Assembly (NCBI GenBank): GCA_009914755.4
Contig: CP068257.2
Span: 20,448,001 to 20,512,000 of the forward strand
DNA length: 64,000 bases
Reading direction: 5' to 3'
DNA from: the human T2T-CHM13v2.0 reference genome, Homo sapiens
In this document: piece after piece, positions 39,691-52,100 of the stretch
Numbering within the stretch: position 1 is the first letter of the stretch
Layout: the number at the start of each line of letters is the position of its first letter
The notes under the pieces: generated by a model
Database searches by the model: none
Seen by the model: the letters and a program-made list of their open reading frames with translations, nothing else
What the model was told of the DNA's origin: nothing
Position numbers and translations under genes: made by a program

Positions 39691-41201
39691 TAGTTTTTGA
39701 TTCAAGACACTTTTAAATCATTTTGGAAGATGCATAGATATATGTATTATAATTATACATATATAGAAAGAGATTGATACACCTACAGAGATATGCAGAT
39801 TAAATAATGTTAATGTATTATTTCCCTATTGCTTTTCTGTTGTCTGTAACAAATTACTGTGAGAGCCGTGGTTTTTCTCCCGCCCCTCGTGACCAGTGAA
39901 CATGGCTTTTGCATGCAGTGAACATGACCAGGTTCCCAAGCTGGGAGGGGACAGGGCATGAATTTGTCAAGTTCCCTGAGTGCCTGTGGATGTGGGGGTG
40001 GAAACAGAACCATGTTGTTCTGATTTGCACCTTTGATGGCTGAGCCAAATGCTCATTCTATTTAGTATTACAGCCGTAATCTGTAGCAAAACGCTTAGCA
40101 TTATAAAGGAAAGATCAGAACCATTTCAAACCATGAGAGAAGACAAGACACCAAAGGAAGTCTGGGGTTCTTGACCAATGGAGCTCACCCTTGGGGCCTT
40201 CCAGCAAAAGATGCCTTCAGTTGCCCCGGGGCTTTACTCCCGACCCATGTGGTAGTTAGACCTCCCCGAAAGGAAACAGAGCATGAAAGAGAGAGGTGGC
40301 AGGGTCTTGGAAAAGAGACAGATCCGACAGTTTTCCATTTCAACTCACCCTTCTGATGAATATCCCAGATGGAGCCCCCAGATGAAATGGCCACGGCAAC
40401 GGCCACGACGGGCGGGGGAAAAACCACAGCTGCCACTGGGAGCCTGCACGGTTGGCTGGCTGGCGCTTGCTGCCCGGTGTGCCAGTGGAACTCTACTCTG
40501 GCCAAGGAATTCAGCTCTGTCTGAACAGAGGGGAAGCATACAATGATTAAGGAGACACATTTGCGCTGAGCAAGGGGTTCTTCCCCCAGGACCTTCCCCT
40601 TTTGTTCCTTAAACTGTTTTCTCTTGTTTTCCTTTTCCAAGAGGTTTTCTTCCCCAGCACGCTGCTTCTGTTAGGGAAGTTAATGGAGAAGCGACCCCTA
40701 CTGGCTGATAACTGCAAATTTAGCGGGGCTCATTTGAGATAGTTGATTCATGCAGCCACTTGAAATACTTTTGAGTCCCAAACTTGATTACAAGCTTCAG
40801 GCTGAGGCCCTAGAAAGGAAAACCAGATCTGAGGGATCCAAAGCCAGGCAATAGGCACAATGTAAATGGACAGGACCAATTCCTGCTGACCAAAGCCCCC
40901 ACCCCACGGAAACAGGCCATGCTCTGTGGCGTAAATGAGACCTAGGAAACTCAAAGGTTGTCAACAGCAGGGAAAGATGGAGGCGAAGGTAAGGTCAGAA
41001 AATTCCTGTTCTCTACGCTTTCCCTGTTTTATGGGTGCATGCTGCATTGGCACCCATGAGCAGTACCTGCCAAGGTCACCTGGACACAGGGATAAAAAGA
41101 TGGAAGAGAAAGGGAGGGCACTTGTTTTCTCTCTCCACACCCCGAGGTTCGCTGAAAGAAGGAAGGGAAGTGAGGGACGGCTCTATAGCCTATCTTTCGG
41201 A

Positions 41202-42438
41202 ATGAGTAACCAGCTCTCTTCACCACCCCCAGCTTGTACTCTTCTGGAATGTATTCTAAACCATTGGAACTGCTTTGACCCTCAGAATCTGGAGGAAAAA
41301 AAATGTCTCATAGTCCTCTGTACAAAGATTTGGCCAAATTATGATTTATAGCAAGGACTGGCTTGGCCTCAGGAAGGAACCATTTATTTCAATACCATCC
41401 TGCAATTGGACCTTTTCTGTAAACATGAGGACTAGTGGTCTGAGGACCCATATGTGCAGGCTTTCTATATCTTGCAGGGCAATCCTGATCTTTGCCAACA
41501 GTGTAGGATTGATCCAGCCCTCCTGTTTGCCACTTCGGGAGAGGCTACCAGGGGCAATCTCAAGCAACTAAAGAAAGAAACCCCAGAGGTTCCCCCAGAA
41601 GAGGAGCCAGCTCCCTCCAACCCTGCTCCTTCAGGTCCTCCCCAACTTCCCTATCCAGCTTCAGCCTCTCACATTTCCCCTCCAAGAAATTCTCACCCTA
41701 GACAAGCCCCAGTCTTACTCTTGCCTCTGCAACAAGTGCCTGGTGAATTTGGCCCCAGTAAGGTCCAGACCCCTTCTCTTTATAGGACTTAAAGCAAATT
41801 AAGGGGGCTATTGACAAGTTTGTAGAGGACCCTCACAGATATATAGAGGCTTTCCAGAATTTCACCCAAAGATCTGAACTCTCCTGGAGAGATATTATGT
41901 TACTTGTGAATCAGACTCTGATGCATACTGAGAAGCAAGCCACTTTGCAAGTGACAGGGAGATTTGGGGAGGAGCTTTGTATAACATATAGCATCAGGGA
42001 AGACGGTGAACATTATCTAACTGGTAGAGAAGCAGTACCAGTGAATGACCCTGGATGGGATCCCAATGATGAGATGAGAGACTGGAATAGGAGACACTTC
42101 TAGGTATGCATAATCGGGGTCTTAAGACCAGGATCAAGCCTCCCAATTATGCTAAATTGTCCATGATCGATCAGGGATTTGATGAAAATCCCACTGCCTT
42201 CTTGGAATGGCTAAGAGAAGGCTTGGTAATGCACACCTCTCTGTCTCCTGATTCCATCGAGGGACAACTAATCTTAAAGAATAAGTTTATTATTCAGGCA
42301 GCCCCTGATATCAGGAGGAAGTTGAGGGAACAGGCCCTGGGACCAGATAGTACTTTAGAGAACCTTCTGAAAGTGGTCACCTCGGTCTTTTATAGTAGGT
42401 CACTGGAATGGATTCTTGAATTTATTATACCCAAGTAA
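41202..42438 (+). pseudogene. Retroviral gag pseudogene: MA-like N-terminus, proline-rich p12-like linker, and a CA domain with an intact-looking major homology region. It is split over four reading frames
   Basis: 41202-41351 encodes MSNQLSSPPPACTLLECILNHWNCFDPQNLEEKKCLIVLCTKIWPNY (MA-like). ORF 41454-41792 is proline-rich (PPEEEPAPSNPAPSGPPQLPYPAS). ORFs 41897-42103 and 42106-42438 encode the CA domain, including QGFDENPTAFLEWLREGL, which matches the retroviral MHR pattern Q-G-x2-E-x5-F-x2-R-L. No CCHC zinc-knuckle NC follows. Confidence 0.75.
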
Positions 42439-42974
42439 AGGCCTGGGAAATGGATGGAGCCACTTCTGTCAACCCAGAAGAGTACCCAAAGTACCAACGT
42501 GAAGAGATCAGGGACCTCGAGCTAAAAATCACAAAAGATAAGTGTTAATAATTAACCTTCCATGGACATCCTCTATATAGTCTTGGCTATGCTTGCTGTT
42601 CTTACCTTTGTTCTGTTCTGTATCACGGGGCACGACAGTGTTTTCAGAATAATTAATATATTTCACTTCTTATTTCTGTAATTGTTGGCACTAAATTCTT
42701 TCCTTGTCCAAGACGCATGTTTAACCTATGCATACGTAACTTTATAAAAATTTGTTTTGTTTCTTCTCTCACACCGAGAGGCTATCGAACTCCAAACGGT
42801 CAGGTAACCGGAGCCTCGGACAATGGCTCCCCTTTGCCAAGAACCCTTAGGTAGAACTCTGGAAGGAATCTGACTTCCCTTTTCCCCAAAACAACGTTCC
42901 CTGTCAACATGAAGTAGCTAAGACCGGTCGTTGTCTATATTCTAACAGCAGTTAGGTGTGCCTCTTCAGAGGGA

Positions 42975-43640
42975 GGAAATGATACGGGAGGAGGGCAGGG
43001 AAGTGCTGGGTAGAGAAGGTAAGAGTCTCTGGTGAGAGCGCCACCCTCGGGCCTGTGCCTGCGGACCTAAGTGAAGACAGGCACTCCTGTTTTCACGTCT
43101 GAATGTTGCATTTTCCAAGACCACTCTGGCCTGCCAAGCGCCCCATACTGTGCCGGTATAAACCCGAGACCTTAGCAGGCATACACACAAGTGACTGAAC
43201 ACCAAGAGGAGCAGAGGAACAGAGCATCAGGGAATGGCAAACAGTGGCAGAGGAAGGAGAGAAGAAGTGTTTGAAGGTCGAGGGAAGTTCAGCCATTCTT
43301 GAGGAAGATTATCTCCCCGCAACTCCACCTTCCCACTCCAGATCCCTAAAGCCACCTCCACTACTTAATAAAGTCTCCACATTCATCACCTTTCAAACAG
43401 TTCATGTGAGCTGAGTCGTCCAGGATGCTGGACAAAAATCTGGGCGGGAGGTGGTTAATACTTACCCACCCGCGGGCAGCAAGGCTTGAAACACACACCT
43501 ACTTGGGCTTTGGCATCTATCCATCTGCATACTCCCCCTTCCCTCAGGGTTTGAGATTCAGGGCAACCCAACAGGTGAGCCACACCCCTGTTGCACGTCC
43601 TGTGAGGGGAATCTGGGAACTCTACCAGTTCATTATGCAT
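42975..43640 (+). mobile_element. ERV 3' LTR (U3-R-U5), preceded by a purine-rich tract (agagggaggaaa) that may be the polypurine tract
   Basis: Starts tgatacggg after a purine run. TATAAA at 43157-43162 and AATAAA at 43367-43372 are ~205 bp apart. It ends ...cattatgca at the transition into AT-rich flank. Confidence 0.45.
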
Positions 43641-44159
43641 ATTTTAAATCAAATAGCTCAGCTATTGAATTAAATTAAATGACACATGTTTTGGGTTGTA
43701 TTTATTAGTGTTAAATTTTAATTTTTTGATCTCAAGGACAATTTGTTATATATTTTTTAATATATTGATTATGGAAATGCTGAATTAGCTGATTTATTTT
43801 CAATGTTAATTAATATGATCGATGTCAAACTATCTACTGATGGTCTCCGCCATTTTTGGAAGACAAATCTAACCCTCTAAAACTTAATAGGTAGATATTT
43901 TAATTACAAAAAAATCCATATTACTGTCTAAACAATAGATAGACCACAACTGGAGTATTTTGCTGTATTAGAAGCAATTTCAGTTTATGATCTTACTAAA
44001 GAAAAATAACCTATTGCTAGGATTTAAGCTGTAAAAGTGCAACATATACTTATCTCTATTTAATGATCATTAATTTTATAAATAATATTTATATTAAAAT
44101 GTAAGCCATGATGTTTAAATTTAAATAAAGAAAGAAACTATATTACTGGTATACTAGTT

Positions 44160-44720
44160 AGGGTTCTCTAGAGGAACAGAACTAATAGGATATATGTATA
44201 TGTGAAAGGGAGTTTATTAAGGAGAATTGACTCACATGATCACAAAGTACAGTCCCATGATATGTCATCTGAAAGTTGAAGAGCAAAAAAGCCAGTGATG
44301 GATCAGTACAAGTCCCAAAACCTTAAAAGTAGGGAAGCCAACAGTGCAGCCTTCAGTCTGTGGCCAAAGGTCCAAGAGTTTCTGGCAAACCACTAGTGTA
44401 AGGCAAAGAGTCCTAAAGCTGAAGAACTTGGAGTCTGATGTTCAAAGGCAAGAAACATCCAGCATGAGAGAAAGATGAAGGCCAGAAGATTCAATAAGCC
44501 TGTTCTTTCATCTTCTCCTGCCTGCTTTTTTCTAGCGATGCTGGCAGCTGATTAGATGACGCCCACCCAGATTGAGGGTGGGTCTGCCTCTTCCAGTCCA
44601 TTGACTTAAATGTTAATCTCCTTTGGCAACACCCTCACAGACCCAGGAACAATACTTTGCATCTCTCAATCCAATCAAGTTGATGCTCAATATTAACCAT
44701 CACAACTGGGGTTTATGTAA
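44160..44720. repeat. Ancient high-copy mammalian interspersed repeat, ~560 bp; family not named with confidence
   Basis: tagggttctctagaggaacagaactaataggatatatgtatatgtgaaagggagtttattaaggagaattgactcaca...cccacccagattgagggtgggtctgcctcttccagtccattgacttaaatgttaatctcctttggcaacaccctcacagacccaggaacaatactttgcatc...caatcaagttgatgctcaatattaaccatcacaactgggg is a consensus-like sequence I recognise from many mammalian loci. Confidence 0.4.
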
Positions 44721-46299
44721 TACGTAGAATATTTGATCGTTTAGGCTGCTGACAGAATTTGTGCTGTGTCAGAATCCGATCAATCAATTAACTGGGAAAA
44801 GAAATAACAAATTTTGCAAAAATTTTAAAAATAATAATTCATAATCAAATAAATCATATCCCAATCTTGTTTTCCTTAGAATAATAAAATATATGGCATT
44901 CTTGGTATCAGTTTCCTATTTGTGAAATATGGAGGTAGGTTAATTTAGTACTTCAATTTCTTTTATTTTCAATATCCTTATTCCAAAGTGTATGAGGTTA
45001 TATTTATAATCATTAAAAATGAAAACAGTTTGAAATTGTTATATATAAATATGTAATATATAATATATGACATCACACATTAAATGTAAAATTTAAAATG
45101 TATCAATCATTTTATAAATAAAATTATATGTTTCACTATGACAGAGTACAGGAAGCCTTAGAAGATTTTTCACTAAATTAAAAATACTGGTTTTTTAGAT
45201 ATTTTATTATTCAACACTAAATTCATATTTCATGGGTTGCCTTATAGTGAGCAATTATTGTCTAAGTGCATAGCCAATCAGGTTTCCGCCAGCATGAACA
45301 TCATGAGTGAATGTATGCAAGTTAACACTGATTGATGGTTCCCTAAAGCAAGGATTGACTAACTATGGCTAGTATAAGCCAGATCATGTCTGATCCCTGG
45401 TTTTGTAAATCAAGTTTTATTGAAACTTGATTCAACACGCCCAGTTACATGCCTATTATCTCAGATGCCTTTCACACTACAATGGCAAAATTGTAGTAGT
45501 TGCAACAGACCATATTGCCTGCAAAGCCCATTATATAAAATAGTTGTCAACTCCTTTGAGAGTAATGAAGAACTAAACAAACACAGAAAACAGTAACATT
45601 GAACAACAATAAGTAAAATGCCAGAGTGAGTATGAGTAACAAACAGAAATTGAGAAATGAATAAGAATGTGCATTTTGTACAAAGCGTTTTTCTGAATTG
45701 AGTAAATTAAGTAGATTTCACCTGTAGAGTTACATAAATAAAAATTAAATATAAATATGTGTGTAATATCAATTTAATAAACAGTCTGGGTCTATGAGCT
45801 TTTTCCCATTGTCCATGAGCTGGAACAAGCTTAGAGTGAAATAGTTGCAGAACTATCCATGAGGCTTGATGGTTAAACACTATGGCCAACACACAAGTGG
45901 TTGTCTACATCAAATGTACACAAATGAGTTCTAAACCTAAATGACTGACATGGTATCTCTGAAATCATTAAATTATTTAAAACCGTGTAAGCCCCAAGAA
46001 CTTTATAACTGTAAATGTCAAGAAAGGTCCCTGGCAATAGTTGTGGGTTCTTTAGGGCTTTTAATGACTTTTCATCAAGGGCAGCTCAACCTCAACAAGT
46101 AAGGTCTTCCGTTGCTGAACAGAAGCAACAGTTTCTGTTGTTTTAATTAACCCCATTGGTTTTTATTATAGATCCCTTGACAACAGTTTGATTTAGGAGT
46201 TGCACAGGGCCTAGCCTTGAGGATCCAGTGTCCACACTATTGGCATCCTTTCTTAAGTAAGAGGAAGAAATTTGAAGCTAATAGACTCCAATGAGACCT

Positions 46300-46460
46300 A
46301 CTGTGAGTTCATTCTGTAATCTATTTACATTATTTTGTTTATATTTATATTATACTATTTATTATTTTTATTATATCTGCATAAATTATATATTATATAT
46401 AAATTATATATATAATTTATTATTACATTTTAATTATATTATTTCCTTTCTTCTATATTG
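46300..46460. repeat. AT-rich low-complexity / degenerate (TTATA)-like simple repeat
   Basis: ttatattatactatttattatttttattatatctgcataaattatatattatatataaattatatatataatttattattacattttaattatattatttcc. Confidence 0.5.
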
Positions 46461-46889
46461 GGAATCTAATAACGAATGATATCCTGTAAAGTTACTCTTA
46501 TTGAAAGGCCACATTAGTTTGCGTTTCTACATTTTTTATTAACTGTCAATTCTATTTGTGAAGTCCAAACTATGAATAACAAAGCATAAATCAGTAGAGA
46601 AAAGCGAAAAGGGTTCATCCCCTTCCACAATCCAGTACATACTGTGACCCAGGGAAAGGCAGTGATTATTCTTTAAAAATTTAGTGGTCCTATCAGATGA
46701 GACGATAATACTTATTTCATGATTTCTGAATAGTCTTTTGCCTTGACCACCTATAATATATGAGAAAAAAGAAAATAATAAGGAAAAGAATAGGTTAAAA
46801 CATGGAAAATGATTTGCTTTTTAGTGGAATTGACATATCATTTTTATGCAAATGTGTCTTCCCTCTTTCTATTCTGTGAGCTATTTCTC

Positions 46890-47055
46890 TCACAAAAAGA
46901 TTTTTAGACTAATTGTTGTATCTGCCACTTGCTAAATCTGTTTTCTAAATTACAAATTCAGCCTTCGCTGCGGGTGTACTGCCAGCCCCTTCTTTCACAA
47001 AAGATCTTTGTACTAATTGTTTTATCTGCTGCTGGCTAAATCTGTTTGCTAAATA
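46890..47055. repeat. Local tandem duplication: two ~60-bp copies (~85% identical) about 105 bp apart
   Basis: Copy A (46890-46950) is tcacaaaaagatttttagactaattgttgtatctgccacttgctaaatctgttttctaaat. Copy B (46995-47055) is tcacaaaagatctttgtactaattgttttatctgctgctggctaaatctgtttgctaaat. Confidence 0.6.
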
Positions 47056-48831
47056 TACCTTTCATTGAAATAACAACAAAACCTACTCAGGAAGCAATTA
47101 GCAGGTATGGACATTTTTTTGAAAAAAAGCGGAGCTTATATACTTTAGATTGTGTAGGAGGGCCTGAAAGATAGATGTACAAATCATGTATCAGTCAAGG
47201 GATTACAGGACTTTAAGAAGGACATAATGTTACTTCACAAATGTGTTTTCCAAGAGTTTACAAAAGTAGGTCTTGATACTCATGTGCCTAAAACCATGTA
47301 AGTATGATATGAGACTTTTTATGTGCTATTATCAAAAATAAAATTTTAAAATATGTGTTCTGAATCTTAAATAATGTTTTGCCAAGGTTTTAAGTTTTCA
47401 TGGATTTTCTTCTCTAAATCTTAATTAAAATTTGCTGAATATACTATAGTTTTGCCTCAGAAACAGACATATAAAGCACTATGCTTCTAATGGTTAAAAA
47501 AGACATAAAATAAACCAAAGGAAAAATGAGCTTTTATTATCATTATGGTATATTACCATGTTGAATTTTAAATTTATGAACTAATATCAATTTTCTCTCT
47601 TTAAAAATAATATGCATAAAATTTTTCCTTCTTAATTGGTTTAAAATCTCAGGAAAACAATCAATACCAACATACTGAAAAAAATTTAGGGGATTGCTGA
47701 ATATATGTGAAGCAAATTTTATATAGTTTGAAAATGAGTCTCTCATTTCTGCCACAGGCACAGTTGAGGTTGTGAGTTAACCATGTGATTTACTCGATTA
47801 TGTTGATACTTCTGTAGTGTTTCGTGTAATGAAATTTGCAAATAATGTGAATTTTCTCATTCCAACTGCATTTTACTAATAGCAGAAAATTTTCTAAATT
47901 TCAAGATAAAAACAGACTTCTAATGTGCTAGATTCTCTTTCCCAGTGGAAATTTGTTCAAAATGTTGTTTTAGATTTGCTTACAATGTTGTTTTAAACCT
48001 GTTTAAAATTTTAAAACCATATGGACAATGGTTTTACTCTTAGACTTTTAAACAATACGGTTTTATCATGGATTCCCAAAGTATGGTGACAACTTCTATC
48101 ACAAAATAGTCTATATCTAAATAGAAACTGATAAAAATGGAATAAAACTTTCTCTATTAGAGTGTATTTGCTTGTAGCATGTTTGGCAACATAAATGGTA
48201 GAAATATAAGTTAATCAGTGAATATTAATTTTAAACTACTTATTATATATCCGTGTTTTGGGTTATATAAAGAAGAAATATGTCTATTATTTCGGAAACA
48301 ATATCAATAAATAGTTATGGTGGACAGATTAACAATAAATCTGGCCCTGAATGGTACTAGAAACGTGAATATTTTATTGATGCTCAGGAAAAGAAAGGCA
48401 GTATAAATAACAATGTTTTAATTTTACTTCTGATGAAATATCTGAAAATGGTAATTATTTAACTTAGAGCAATCAAAATAAGAATATTGCTTACTCCGCA
48501 ATATTCTCCATTGCAATTTTAGAAGATCAAATAAACACAAACACACTTACATGTGTATGAGTATATACATACATATAATTTTCCACCTAATTTGCATTTT
48601 ACTAAAATATAAATAAATATTTTTAAACATGATATTCTATACACAAATGCTAATTTAAAAATAAATGACAGAATTGAAATGTAGTTTTTACTTGTGAATT
48701 AAAATATAAACTGTTTAATATTATTAGTAAAATATTATTGTTCCTGTTTTTTATTGAGCATACAATGATGCAGCTTTGATTTATTTAATATTCTTTTGTT
48801 TTGCTGATTTTTATCTGTATATATTATTGAA

Positions 48832-49123
48832 TTTTTTTTTTTTGAAACAGAGTCTTACTCTGTTACCCACGCTGGATTACAGTGGCTCCATCTCAGCTCA
48901 CTGCAACCTACACCTCCTGGGTTCAAGGGATTCTCTTGCCTCTGCCTCCTGAGTAGGTAGGATTACAGGCGTGCATCACCACACCTGGCTAATTTTTGTA
49001 TTTTTAGTAGAGACAGGTTTTACCATATTGTCCAGGCTGATCTCAATCTCCTGACCACAGGTGATCTGCCTACTTCGGCCTCCCAAAGTACTGGGATTGC
49101 AGGCATGAGCCACCATGCCCGAC
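48832..49123 (-). mobile_element. Alu (moderately diverged AluS-like) with T21 tail
   Basis: gaaacagagtcttactctgttacccacgctggattacagtggctccatctcagctcactgcaacctacacctcctgggttcaagggattctcttgcctctgcctcctgagtaggtaggattacaggcgtgcatcaccacacctggc...gtactgggattgcaggcatgagccaccatgcccgacc. Confidence 0.88.
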
Positions 49124-52100
49124 CAAGACATTGATTTTTTTATTAAATTACCCTTACCAGGACTTAAGGATGCCATTTTGTCATTTATTCTAAATAACAA
49201 GAATAATTGTATGCACAATTTGTTGCTCCTCAGTATTTATTTTTATTGATATAAAATTTTTACTTTTCTCATTAAACTAAAGTGAATTCAATAATTAGAG
49301 TATATAGTTATGAACATATTATCAATATTGCTTTTATGTGTATTTATAATGTATTAAATATTAAGTCATAAAATAAGTCCCTAAAAATCTTTTTATTCCA
49401 AATGTTTAGTGTAAAATATATTTTAATTTTCACCTGCTCTACCATCAGTTTAGTAAAACCACTACCTAGAAAAACACAGGGACTCAATGTTTGGCACATC
49501 TCATTGCCTTGTATTTTTTTTTCTTTTTTTGGTTTGGTTTTGTGTCGTCTTCCATTCACGTGCTCTGTTTGAAATTCTTTCCTCCTTTGTAATCTGTAAT
49601 AGAATCTTTCAGTTGATTTTTATTCTAAACTGATAACAAACTGGATTTCAGTTTCATTTGTGAAGTATTCACATCCTAAATATAAATGTTTTTTAAGTTG
49701 TCTCATTAAAAAAATCATTTTAAAGCTATCCCCTAGAAATCACATACTCTAAGATTTTTCTGTACAGATGCTTATATAGTCTAAGTCTTCTGTATTTTTG
49801 CTCATGTCTCTGTAATCAAGTCCCATATTAGCAATAGCCTGTAGGAATATTCACATGCTTACTTTAAACTTAACATGCTCAAAATAGAAACTACAGTCAT
49901 TTCTTCAACAACAGCTCCTATAGACGTACTTATTGAAGTCATCACTAGCATTAACATATAAATCCATCTTTCTGTCTGATGGTTGCAGCATTTAGATAAT
50001 TTCAAGGTCTGGATGTGCTGACTACTTTATCTTTTAACAATGGCTATTTTTTCTAACTTTTTTATGTAACACATCTTAGATTTTAGAATGAAAATTATGT
50101 GCAAATGAACAGTGGAGAATGAGGTAAACATTTATGTTTTGAAATGGGTCTGTCCTTTCTTTTGTCAAGTCGTAATTGTAAAGTATTTAGTCACTGTTGT
50201 CAGGAGTTGAGTTGGGTTTGGGTTTTGTTGTGGCTACATTTATTACCTTTATACTGAGATGTCAATTTCCTTTCATCTTGGTCAGCTGGTACCATATACT
50301 GGATGTGGGGTCTGGGGTGCTGAAGAGATTTTTGTGTTCCTAATCTACTTTCCGCTTTCCGTAATTTCTGAACAAGCCTGTGCCACAGAGAGTGTTTATA
50401 TATCATTTTGTCCCTTCCACAATAAACAGTAGACTGTCATTTCTGTTAATGGGTGCAGGTGTCAAAGTGGAGGTAGGGTTGGTTCTGTCTTCCACTTCGT
50501 CAGCCTCATTGACTTGGCCTTTACAAATGGAGCTTTTTCAGTGTGACTTATGACAGCCATTATCTGCCTTGTGTCTGAGAGAGCCTTGGGCAGGAACAGT
50601 TTTCACAACTTACCATGACAATACTGATCTCGCTTTGAATCAGTGCTTTGAATCAATCAACCCCAGTAGGCTTCTTGCTCTCCACCAGAGACTGCCAGGT
50701 TTTGGGTCTATTCCTCCCTCAGAGGCAGTGCACCATTGCCTGAGACTAGGTCCAAGATGGTAGTATCCTGCTTCTTTCCCAGTGATATTGCTTATTTGTT
50801 TGTGCAAAGCTTGTTGTGACAGCAGAGGTAGTTTGTTATCTCTTCCCCCAGAGGTAGATTGCTTCTACTTCTACCTAGAGGCAGTGGACTTATTCTACAA
50901 CGCTGGGAGCAGAACTGTTTCCTGCCCATAATGGAGCTGTTTATGGCGTTTACTTTTCTGAGAGAAAAGTTCCAGAACATGGTCAGGGCTTCATGTCACT
51001 GTCCACGTTTGTCAGTTTTGTGCCTTTGTCCAACCAAAGGTTCCTCTCTCAGCTCTTTGCCCTGCATGTAGTTTATCTCATGAGTATCTAGAGGTGAAAA
51101 AGACCTCACAAGTTAGTGTAAACTCCATTATGTCTGAGGCTCCCACTACGCTCTCTTACTTGACAACATTTGACCCTGAAGAATTTGTAAAGTTTTCATT
51201 GTTTTCTTCTTTCACATTTCTAGAGCATGAAACTCTAAAGAAAGAAACACAAAGTCCTTGGTACCATGCTCCACCTTGTGTTTCTTGGAGAGGCTTGGCA
51301 CCTTGGTTCACCTGGTAACCTTGGAACCACAGCTTCCTGATTGATGCACTTGAGAAATGTTAGGATTCTGTTGACTACCCTGTTGCCTTTTGTTTGTTTG
51401 TTTGCTTTAGGGTGGAAGCAATGTCTACTTGCGGCTTTCCACCTTCTAAGTGGAAGCAGAACTTGGTTGCAAGTAATTCATTTAGGAGGTAATTCCTGCA
51501 AACAATGTTGAGTGAATGGGAAAGTGAGCAGCCGGTGGAAGGCAATGCAAATTGCATCAGAGAATAGGTTGTAACTGTATAACTAGAAACCTCTGGGAGA
51601 CTGTGTAGTGCTTGTCTCAGAGCTTTCTTACCTGAAAATAAAAAAGCTGGGGTACTCATCCACTTAGTATTTTCTCCATCACTTCCATCTTCATCAACTT
51701 ATTTCTAAGGTTATTCTGATAGGCAAGTTATTTATTGGAAATTATGAATTTACCTTCCTACCATTTATCTGGCTGAGTCTGATTACTTTGTCCTTCTGCT
51801 TTTCTTCGAAACTGTTATAATTTTCATAATTCTAACCAATTTATGTATTTTAACATATTTTAGCGTGATAGGAATTTTTGAGAAATTAATTTTAATAAGC
51901 ATATATCAAATTTACTTTGCATTTATATATTATATAATATGAAGTTAATGTTTATTTTGTCTTATAATGAATGATTTATAGAATTCTGGGAGTATGGATG
52001 GATTCTCGTGGTAATTTACATATCTCTCTTAATACATCACCTGTGCATATCAGCCCTAAGAATATAAGTAAACCTCTCTGAGCCCAGTAGAGTTTATAGT

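Larger units (their letters stand above)
39930..43640 (+). mobile_element. Endogenous retrovirus, class I (gamma/epsilon-like), internally deleted: putative degraded 5' LTR + leader, gag pseudogene, possible env C-terminal remnant, 3' LTR
   Basis: Gag MA, proline-rich and CA-like ORFs lie on the plus strand at 41202-42438. Downstream, a U3-R-U5-like block has TATAAA at 43157-43162 and AATAAA at 43367-43372 and ends ...tgca near 43640. The 39930-40700 region shares patchy similarity with that block (gggaggggacagggca~gggaggagggcagggaag; ggaaacagagcatgaaagagagaggtggcaggg~ggaacagagcatcagggaatggcaaacagtggcagagg). The 5' boundary is poorly supported. Confidence 0.55.

Noticed and set aside
40185-40640. 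151-aa minus-strand ORF and overlapping plus-strand ORFs in GC-rich sequence
   Set aside because: It lies in the LTR/leader-like region upstream of the ERV gag. GC-rich repeat sequence generates long spurious ORFs, and there is no recognisable protein similarity.
39850-40700. CpG-containing GC-rich block (e.g. gccacggcaacggccacgacgggcggggg) as a possible CpG-island promoter of a host gene
   Set aside because: It is short, embedded in ERV LTR/leader-like sequence and flanked by repeats. No downstream exon-like ORF with splice donor was found, so it is more simply explained as retroelement sequence.
40935-41351. 138-aa plus-strand ORF starting upstream of gag
   Set aside because: Only its last ~50 codons are gag-MA-like. 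The upstream part reads through the leader or LTR, so it is not an independent gene.
50200-51700. Moderately GC-richer block with several 60-95 aa ORFs on both strands (possible exon or old L1 5' region)
   Set aside because: There is no recognisable protein similarity and no canonical splice-site-flanked ORF. It probably is diverged repeat or unique intergenic sequence, and I could not support a call.
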